Assembly (NCBI GenBank): GCA_963719115.1 | Contig: CAVRBF010000028.1 | Span: 5,633 to 69,632 of the forward strand | Origin: an uncultured Acidobacteriota bacterium | GTDB taxonomy: Bacteria > Acidobacteriota > Terriglobia > UBA7540 | Direction of reading: 5' to 3' | DNA: 64,000 nucleotides | In this document: positions 58,184-64,000 of the stretch, one piece after another | Numbering within the stretch: the stretch's first letter is position 1 | Layout of the letters: each line of letters begins with the position of its first letter | Notes under the pieces: model-generated | Told to the model about the DNA's origin: nothing | Seen by the model: only the letters and a program-made list of their open reading frames with translations | The model's database searches: none | Program-made: the position numbers and the translations under genes

Positions 58184-60382
58184 ATGAATTCCACCCCATC
58201 TAAATTGACACTATCCTCAGGTGTTGCATCCCGCCGAGATTTTCTCCAGACGCTCGTGGCGACCGGCGCGGTCGGCGCATCCGGCTCCAGTTCGGCGAAT
58301 GCTACCCCCCCGCCTAACGGTGTCGTGCCCGACTCCTCTGACGAAGGGGTGATGTCCCTCGACGCGCTCGGCGGCGACTGGATGCGCATGCGCGACCTGG
58401 GCAACAACCCCGCCATCAACAATTTCTGGGGCGCGCTGCAAGTGACGGACAACCTGCTGGCGGTGACAGAGCTTACGTTTCCACCCTTTTCGCAAGGTCA
58501 GCACAGCGGCTATCTTCGCATCAACGGCGAGGAATTGAAGGCGGACGAGAGCCGTTGGTACGCCTACCAGATTCTCCGGCGAGCGCGCACGACAGACCTT
58601 GAGGTGGAAAGCACCGTCCGCATGGTTTTTGAGAATCGCGGCCTGCTGTTCCGCTTGCGATTCAGAAACCTCCAGAGTTCGGCGCAGCAGGTGGAGGTCA
58701 GCGCGGACCTGGACGGGTACATCGCCCGCTACGATTCCGACTGGGCGTTTCGTTTCCCCCGTCCCCATGATCCCGAAGAGTTTGCCGCGGCGCTGGCCGC
58801 GGGTGGAAGCACACTGCTGGTCCGGCACGCCAAATCTCCGGCGCGGGTGGCGTTTGGGTTTCGGCATCAGCCCGATCGATTGGAGCCGGTGTGGACTCAC
58901 GGGCGTGCAACTTGGAAAATCACCGTCAATCCCGGGGAAGAGCGAGCCGTCGACTTCGTCATGGCCGTGGGAAACGGCGATGACGAGGCCCTGACGCTAG
59001 CCCGCAAGTGGACCACGGAATTCGAGTCCACCTTCGAAGCTGCCAGGACGCAATGGGAGAAGCGCTACACGGAGGCGTTCGTTCCGGGCAACGGCTATTA
59101 CTCCGGGAATCTGCCGGTGCTCATGACCTCGGACGAAGCCATGCGGCGCGTCTACTACATGGGCGTCGTCTCGCGGCTGCAATTGCTGCGCACCAACCTG
59201 CCCGTTCAACCGCGCATCATCGTGACCGGCGGGCCGCAGTTCGCCGTGACGGTCACGTACTTCTGGGACAACACGCTGCTGCTGATGTCGATGCTCGACC
59301 CCGAGATGATGCGGCAGCAATTGAAGCGTTGGCTGGAACTCGACATTTACAAATGGAACGCGCAGGACTGCCTGAGCGGCGAGGGTCGCGGGCGTTGGTA
59401 CTCCGCCAATAATCTCTCCGTGTTCGGGCTACTTCAGGGCTATCTGCGCGTCACCGGTGACTACGCCCTGCTGGATGAAAAGGCGGGAGACAAGACGATT
59501 CTGGAGCACATGAAGGGCTTGGTGACCGGGTGGAAGCAGCTTGTTCTCAAAGGCGGACAACTGGCGGACTACGGCGGTGCGCCGAACCTGTTGGAGTGCG
59601 ATTCGACCTATATCCACGCCGTGGCCTCGCTCAACGCTGCGAACGTGGGAATGATGCGCATGCTCGCCAGCCTCCTGGAATGGCGTGGCGACACGGCCGG
59701 CGCCTCAGCCTTGCGGGCGGAGGCCAGGCAATTGGCGGCGGCCGTGCTGAAGCTCTACGTGCCGGTTGAGGGCGTCTGGCTGGCAGTGCAGCCTTCAGGG
59801 AAAGCCCTCAAGGTGCGTCACGTCTATGACTTCATTACGGTCGTCAAATGGATGATGGAGGATCTCGCGCCGCAAATGCGCCGCGAGATGGTGGCGTTTG
59901 TCGAGCGTGAACTTCTGACCGAGTGGTGGATGCGGGCATTGTCACTTCAAGATCCTGCATGGTCCGGCTCTGCACGTCCCGACCATGGCCCCATGGGGGC
60001 TTACGATGAGTGGCCTGCCCTCACGCTTGAATCCCTCTGCAAGCTTGGCTATCGGAAGGAAGCCTTGGACGCTTTCTACCGCTTCGAGCGGGTCACGCAC
60101 GAGGGACCGTACGCACAGGCCCACGAACTGCTGGACAACTATTACAGTGCCGGGGTGCGTGTTGCCACGAAAGGCGCCATGACCACGCATACGATGATCG
60201 GCACCGTCTTCAGCGAACTTATCGTCAGCTCGTTCTTCGGCTTTCAGCCGGATTGGCAGGGCAAGCAGGTGTTGGTGGAACCCACCCTGCCTCCCGGCTT
60301 CGAGGGCAGACTGGTTGGATTGTCCTATCGGGGCAAGCGTCACAATCTGATTGCGGGTGCAGCCGGTGTCACGATGACGTGA
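58184..60382 (+). CDS. TAT-exported putative six-hairpin (alpha/alpha)6 glycoside-hydrolase-like protein
   Basis: SRRDFLQTLVATGAVGA signal from the ATG at 58184. An N-terminal beta-rich region is followed by a helical region (YFWDNTLLLMSMLDPEMMRQQLKRWLELD). This is a fold-level guess only. Confidence 0.4.
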   Translation: MNSTPSKLTLSSGVASRRDFLQTLVATGAVGASGSSSANATPPPNGVVPDSSDEGVMSLDALGGDWMRMRDLGNNPAINNFWGALQVTDNLLAVTELTFPPFSQGQHSGYLRINGEELKADESRWYAYQILRRARTTDLEVESTVRMVFENRGLLFRLRFRNLQSSAQQVEVSADLDGYIARYDSDWAFRFPRPHDPEEFAAALAAGGSTLLVRHAKSPARVAFGFRHQPDRLEPVWTHGRATWKITVNPGEERAVDFVMAVGNGDDEALTLARKWTTEFESTFEAARTQWEKRYTEAFVPGNGYYSGNLPVLMTSDEAMRRVYYMGVVSRLQLLRTNLPVQPRIIVTGGPQFAVTVTYFWDNTLLLMSMLDPEMMRQQLKRWLELDIYKWNAQDCLSGEGRGRWYSANNLSVFGLLQGYLRVTGDYALLDEKAGDKTILEHMKGLVTGWKQLVLKGGQLADYGGAPNLLECDSTYIHAVASLNAANVGMMRMLASLLEWRGDTAGASALRAEARQLAAAVLKLYVPVEGVWLAVQPSGKALKVRHVYDFITVVKWMMEDLAPQMRREMVAFVERELLTEWWMRALSLQDPAWSGSARPDHGPMGAYDEWPALTLESLCKLGYRKEALDAFYRFERVTHEGPYAQAHELLDNYYSAGVRVATKGAMTTHTMIGTVFSELIVSSFFGFQPDWQGKQVLVEPTLPPGFEGRLVGLSYRGKRHNLIAGAAGVTMT

Positions 60383-60386
60383 AGCT

Positions 60387-61781
60387 TCAGCACCTTTCGC
60401 CCGGAAGCACCGTGTTGAGGCAGAGCGCGCACATGCCGCCGGTGGCGATTCCCGAGGAAAGCGTCTGGCGAAGCAGACTCGGGAGGTATTGAAGAATGTC
60501 GGGGACAAACGTGACGCCCAGCCCCAAACCGATCGAGACGGCAACAATCACGGAAGCCCGGCGATTCATTCGCACGCCCGCGAGTATTCGAATGCCCGCC
60601 ACTGCCACCGTTCCGAACATCACGATGGTCGCACCTCCCAAAACGGCTTGGGGAAGCGCCTGCACGAGCCCGCCCACCGCCGGGAACAGTCCGAGTGCCA
60701 TCAACATCACGGCGATGAACGTTCCCGCATAGCGGCTGCCCACACCGGTCAGTTGAATGACCCCGTTGTTCTGCGCAAAAGTCGTGCTGGGAAAGGAATT
60801 GAAAAGAGCGGCCAGCAGGGAATTGATTCCATCTGCCAGAATGCCGCTGCGCATTCGGCGGAAATAGAGATCGCCCGTGATCGGCTGGTTGGTCAGCGAG
60901 GATGTGGCGGTGAGGTCGCCCACGGATTCGATCACCGTGATCAGATATAGAAAGGCGAAGGGCACAAACGCGCCGCCGTTGAAACCCAAACCGTAGTGCA
61001 ACGGGAAGGGAATGGTGATCAGCGGCAACTCTCGCAGGCCGTGAAGATCGACCTTGCCGAGGAGGAGAGCCGCTAAATAGCCCAACGCCAATCCCAGCAC
61101 CACCGAAGTCATGCGCAACTGCGGCAGGCCACTACAGTTGAGTATGACAATGGTGGTGAGCACGAGCCCAGCCAGGCAGAGATTGAGGGGACTGCCAAAC
61201 GTGCCGTCGCGCTTGGCGTCAAACCCACCGCCCATGGTGGTGATTCCAACCTCGATCAAAGTCAGGCCGATCAGCGTGACCACGGTTCCCGTCACCATGG
61301 GCGTGATAACCCGGCTCGCGACACGAATGCATTGACTCATGACGATCGCCACGGACGACCCTGCCAGGCACAATCCGAAGATGATGGCGAGCGCAGTTCG
61401 CGGTGAGGCGCCGGCCGCGATGCTCAGACTTGCAGTGGAGATGATCGGCCCAAGGAACACGAAGCTGGTGCCTTGAATGCTCAGGAGGCGCGACCCAATG
61501 GGACCAATTCCATGAGATTGGAGCAGCGTCGCCAGGCCGGATACGAACAGTGACATGCTTACGAGGAACACCGTGTTTGCCCGGTCGAGCTTGAGGGCGT
61601 TGCAGATGATCAGCGGCGGCGTGATGATCCCGACGAAAACCGCAAACACGTGCTGGAGGGCTACGAAGAACGTTTCGCGAAACGGCGGCCGGTCTTCGAG
61701 ACCGTAGATGAGCTCGGTTTCCTTAGCACCGGTGATTTCCAGGGCCGGGATTTCAGCCATGCCGTCTCCGAATTTACCCAT
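60387..61781 (-). CDS. NCS2-family nucleobase (xanthine/uracil) permease
   Basis: ALQHVFAVFVGIITPPLII..., SIQGTSFVFLGP..., FPSTTFAQNNGVIQLTGVGSRY are typical NCS2 motifs. 464 aa. Confidence 0.85.
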   Translation of the reverse strand: MGKFGDGMAEIPALEITGAKETELIYGLEDRPPFRETFFVALQHVFAVFVGIITPPLIICNALKLDRANTVFLVSMSLFVSGLATLLQSHGIGPIGSRLLSIQGTSFVFLGPIISTASLSIAAGASPRTALAIIFGLCLAGSSVAIVMSQCIRVASRVITPMVTGTVVTLIGLTLIEVGITTMGGGFDAKRDGTFGSPLNLCLAGLVLTTIVILNCSGLPQLRMTSVVLGLALGYLAALLLGKVDLHGLRELPLITIPFPLHYGLGFNGGAFVPFAFLYLITVIESVGDLTATSSLTNQPITGDLYFRRMRSGILADGINSLLAALFNSFPSTTFAQNNGVIQLTGVGSRYAGTFIAVMLMALGLFPAVGGLVQALPQAVLGGATIVMFGTVAVAGIRILAGVRMNRRASVIVAVSIGLGLGVTFVPDILQYLPSLLRQTLSSGIATGGMCALCLNTVLPGERC

Positions 61782-61813
61782 GGCCCGGCATATCGTTCCG
61801 CGCAGGGTCAGGT

Positions 61814-62005
61814 TTGTGGAATTATAATCGCAGTAAGGGCGGCATGCCGAAAGTAATACCTTATAGGTTGCTGCGAGTCATGGTTATGGACTTAAGGGAC
61901 GAACTCAGACTCCGCATTGGCGACTATCGGCTCTTTTTCGTTTGTCCCGATGCCGACACTCTGGAGGTTCTCGCAGTTGTTCATCGCAAGCGGGCCTACC
62001 GCTGA
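61814..62005 (+). pseudogene. N-terminally truncated RelE/ParE-family toxin remnant
   Basis: The C-terminus [33 protein letters not shown] matches the RelE/ParE tail. Only about 30 residues precede it and there is no room for an antitoxin. It overlaps the metH stop region. Confidence 0.45.
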
Positions 62006-64000
62006 TGCAGGACTGCGGCCTCCGAGGAGGCTTCTCGCGGCGATTCCTGAATGTCCGGATCGTAGTTAAGAATGGGCCGCAGCCAGCGCTCCACGCTGCG
62101 CAGATCCATGCCTTTGCGGCGGTGGTAATCGTCCACCTGATCGTGGTCGATCTTGCCGACAGCGAAATACTTCGCCTGCGGGTGCGAGAAGTAAAACCCG
62201 CTCACGGAAGCGGCCGGAGCCATGGCGAAATTTTCGGTCAGGTAAATACCGGCATTCTTCTCCGCCTGCAACAGGTCAAACAGTTTCCGTTTCTCGGTGT
62301 GGTCGGGGCAGGCGGGATAGCCGGGCGCCGGGCGGATGCCACGGTAGCGCTCGTGGATCAAGTCCTCGTTGGTCAGGTTTTCATCCTTGCCGTAACCCCA
62401 GAATTCGCGAGCCCGCTTGTGCATAAGTTCCGCCAGTGACTCTGCCAGACGGTCGGCCAGAGCCTTGGTCATGATGGCGTTGTAGTCGTCGTGCTCCTGC
62501 TGGAACTTCGCCAGCAGCGGCTCGATATCGATCCCGGCCGTCACCGCGAAAAGGCCGAGATAATCTTCCACGCCCGTGTGTCGAGGGGCAATCAGGTCGG
62601 CGAGCGCCCAATTGTAATGCCCGGCTGCCTTGTCCATCTGCTGCCGCAGTGTATTGAATACGGTCAGTACGGAGGAGCGCGAGGCGTCGGCGTACACCTC
62701 GATATCGTCGCCGACGCTGTTTGCCGGAAAGAATCCCATCACCGCATTGGCGGTGAGCGCCTTTTCCGCCACAATGCGGGCCAACAGCTTTTGGCCGTCT
62801 TCCAGCAGTTCACGCGCTTTGCTGCCCACCACGCTGTCATCCAGAATCTTCGGATACGTCCCGCGCAGCTCCCACGCCTGGAAGAGGGGCGACCAGTCGA
62901 TGTAGGGGGTGATTTCCGCCAGCGGCAAGGCCGGGAACGTCTTGACGCCGATGAAATCAGGATGCGGTGGCTGGGCCTGGCTCCAATCAATGGGAGGTTT
63001 GCGTCGGCGCGCCTCGTCCAAGCTCAAGAGCTTCTGCACCACGGCTTGATGCGAAGCGCGGAGCTTCTCCTGTTCCCGTTGGTTGGCTTCCTGGAATGCC
63101 GGCCGCGTTTGCGGGTTCTTCAGCTTGCTGACCACGCCCACGGCGCGCGAAGCGTCGGTAACGTGCACCACGGGCTGACGGAAGTGCGGGGCGATTTTCA
63201 CCGCCGTGTGCACGCGACTGGTGGTGGCGCCGCCGATGAGCAGCGGAATGGTAAACCCCTCGCGCTCCATTTCCTTGGCCACGTGAACCATCTCGTCGAG
63301 CGAAGGTGTAATAAGGCCGCTCAAACCGATCATGTCCGCGTGCGTCTCCCGCGCGGTTTGCAGAATCTTCTCGCACGGAACCATGACGCCCAGATCGATG
63401 ATCTCGTAGTTGTTGCAGCCCAGTACGACGCCCACGATATTCTTGCCAATGTCATGCACGTCGCCTTTCACGGTGGCCATCACCACCTTGCCCTCCGCGT
63501 GCGACTGTCCGCCCGCTTGCTTTTCAGCTTCCATGAAAGGGAGCAAATAGGCGACGGACTTTTTCATCACCCGCGCGCTTTTCACCACCTGGGGCAGAAA
63601 CATCTTCCCCGAGCCAAACAAGTCCCCCACCACGCTCATTCCCGCCATCAGCGGACCTTCAATGACGTTCAGCGGGCGGCCGAGCTTTTGCCGGGCTTCC
63701 TCGGTGTCGGCTTCAATGTAATCGGTAATGCCTTTTACCAGGGCGTGCTTCAAACGTTCTTCAACGCTCGCTTGCCGCCAGGCGTCTTCCTGGACTTCCG
63801 CCCGTCCGCGCTGCTTGACGGATTCGGAGAAGGCAAGCAGGCGCTCCGTGGCGTCCGCCCGGCGGTTCAACAGGACGTCTTCCACCAGTCCCAGCAGGTC
63901 GCGCGGCAGTTCCTCGTAAACGGCGAGTTGGCCCGCGTTCACGATTCCCATATCCATCCCGGCGCGGATGGCGTGATAGAGAAATGCCGAGTGGATGGCC
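61996..64000 (-). CDS. metH: Cobalamin-dependent methionine synthase, C-terminal part (5' end beyond the window)
   Basis: [25 protein letters not shown]..., the B12-binding [26 protein letters not shown], and the AdoMet-activation domain ([13 protein letters not shown]). The frame is open to position 64000. Confidence 0.95.
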   Translation of the reverse strand, partial: AIHSAFLYHAIRAGMDMGIVNAGQLAVYEELPRDLLGLVEDVLLNRRADATERLLAFSESVKQRGRAEVQEDAWRQASVEERLKHALVKGITDYIEADTEEARQKLGRPLNVIEGPLMAGMSVVGDLFGSGKMFLPQVVKSARVMKKSVAYLLPFMEAEKQAGGQSHAEGKVVMATVKGDVHDIGKNIVGVVLGCNNYEIIDLGVMVPCEKILQTARETHADMIGLSGLITPSLDEMVHVAKEMEREGFTIPLLIGGATTSRVHTAVKIAPHFRQPVVHVTDASRAVGVVSKLKNPQTRPAFQEANQREQEKLRASHQAVVQKLLSLDEARRRKPPIDWSQAQPPHPDFIGVKTFPALPLAEITPYIDWSPLFQAWELRGTYPKILDDSVVGSKARELLEDGQKLLARIVAEKALTANAVMGFFPANSVGDDIEVYADASRSSVLTVFNTLRQQMDKAAGHYNWALADLIAPRHTGVEDYLGLFAVTAGIDIEPLLAKFQQEHDDYNAIMTKALADRLAESLAELMHKRAREFWGYGKDENLTNEDLIHERYRGIRPAPGYPACPDHTEKRKLFDLLQAEKNAGIYLTENFAMAPAASVSGFYFSHPQAKYFAVGKIDHDQVDDYHRRKGMDLRSVERWLRPILNYDPDIQESPREASSEAAVLHQR

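Noticed and set aside
57069-64000. A functional link between the MT2-like URO-D protein and the nearby B12-dependent metH, as one methyl-transfer system.
   Set aside because: They are separated by three unrelated genes on mixed strands, and metH is a self-contained housekeeping enzyme. Proximity alone does not support a shared system.

Overview
High-GC (about 60% by eye) bacterial chromosomal segment. CarboxypepD_reg-type TonB receptors, many TAT-exported glycan-active enzymes and several hairpin-repeat families suggest Acidobacteriota, but that is inference only. I can support about 45 protein-coding loci and found no rRNA, tRNA or CRISPR array.

Layout:
- 0.1-3.8 kb: TonB-dependent receptor with two frame breaks.
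- 3.8-9.6 kb: repeat-laden, gene-poor accessory patch holding a DUF3800 gene, a secreted trypsin-like protease, an AT-rich truncated AIPR (abortive-infection) fragment and a BrnA antitoxin.
- 9.6-12.0 kb: groES-groEL with two CIRCE operators.
- 12-15 kb: housekeeping and unknown genes.
- 16-33.5 kb: glycan-degradation block. It has a GH3+PA14 gene and a five-gene same-strand cluster that includes two paralogous two-module alpha/beta-hydrolases, plus an amidohydrolase, a GH42-like protein, TAT-exported TIM-barrel and propeller proteins, and a LarA-N-like protein.
- 33.7-40.0 kb: nine-gene arsenic island on the minus strand, in the order arsR-arsM-acr3-arsR-arsC-pstS-degenerate arsM-exported protein-arsC.
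- 40.7-49.4 kb: GH38 / LacI / second TonB receptor.
- 49.8-64 kb: two URO-D-family proteins, YnfA, a YVTN propeller, a nitroreductase, DUF3604, a six-hairpin-like hydrolase, an NCS2 permease, a RelE fragment and the 3' two-thirds of metH.

At least seven genes carry single-base frame breaks, mostly at homopolymer runs. I read these as probable assembly indels rather than true pseudogenes.

The items most worth follow-up are the hydrolase cluster with active/inactive fused modules, the composite ars island with a cysteine-less ArsM paralogue and an orphan PstS, the decayed defence/TA patch, and a long structured leader ahead of a zinc-motif URO-D/MT2-like gene. All family calls come from motif recognition by eye. 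No database search was run.
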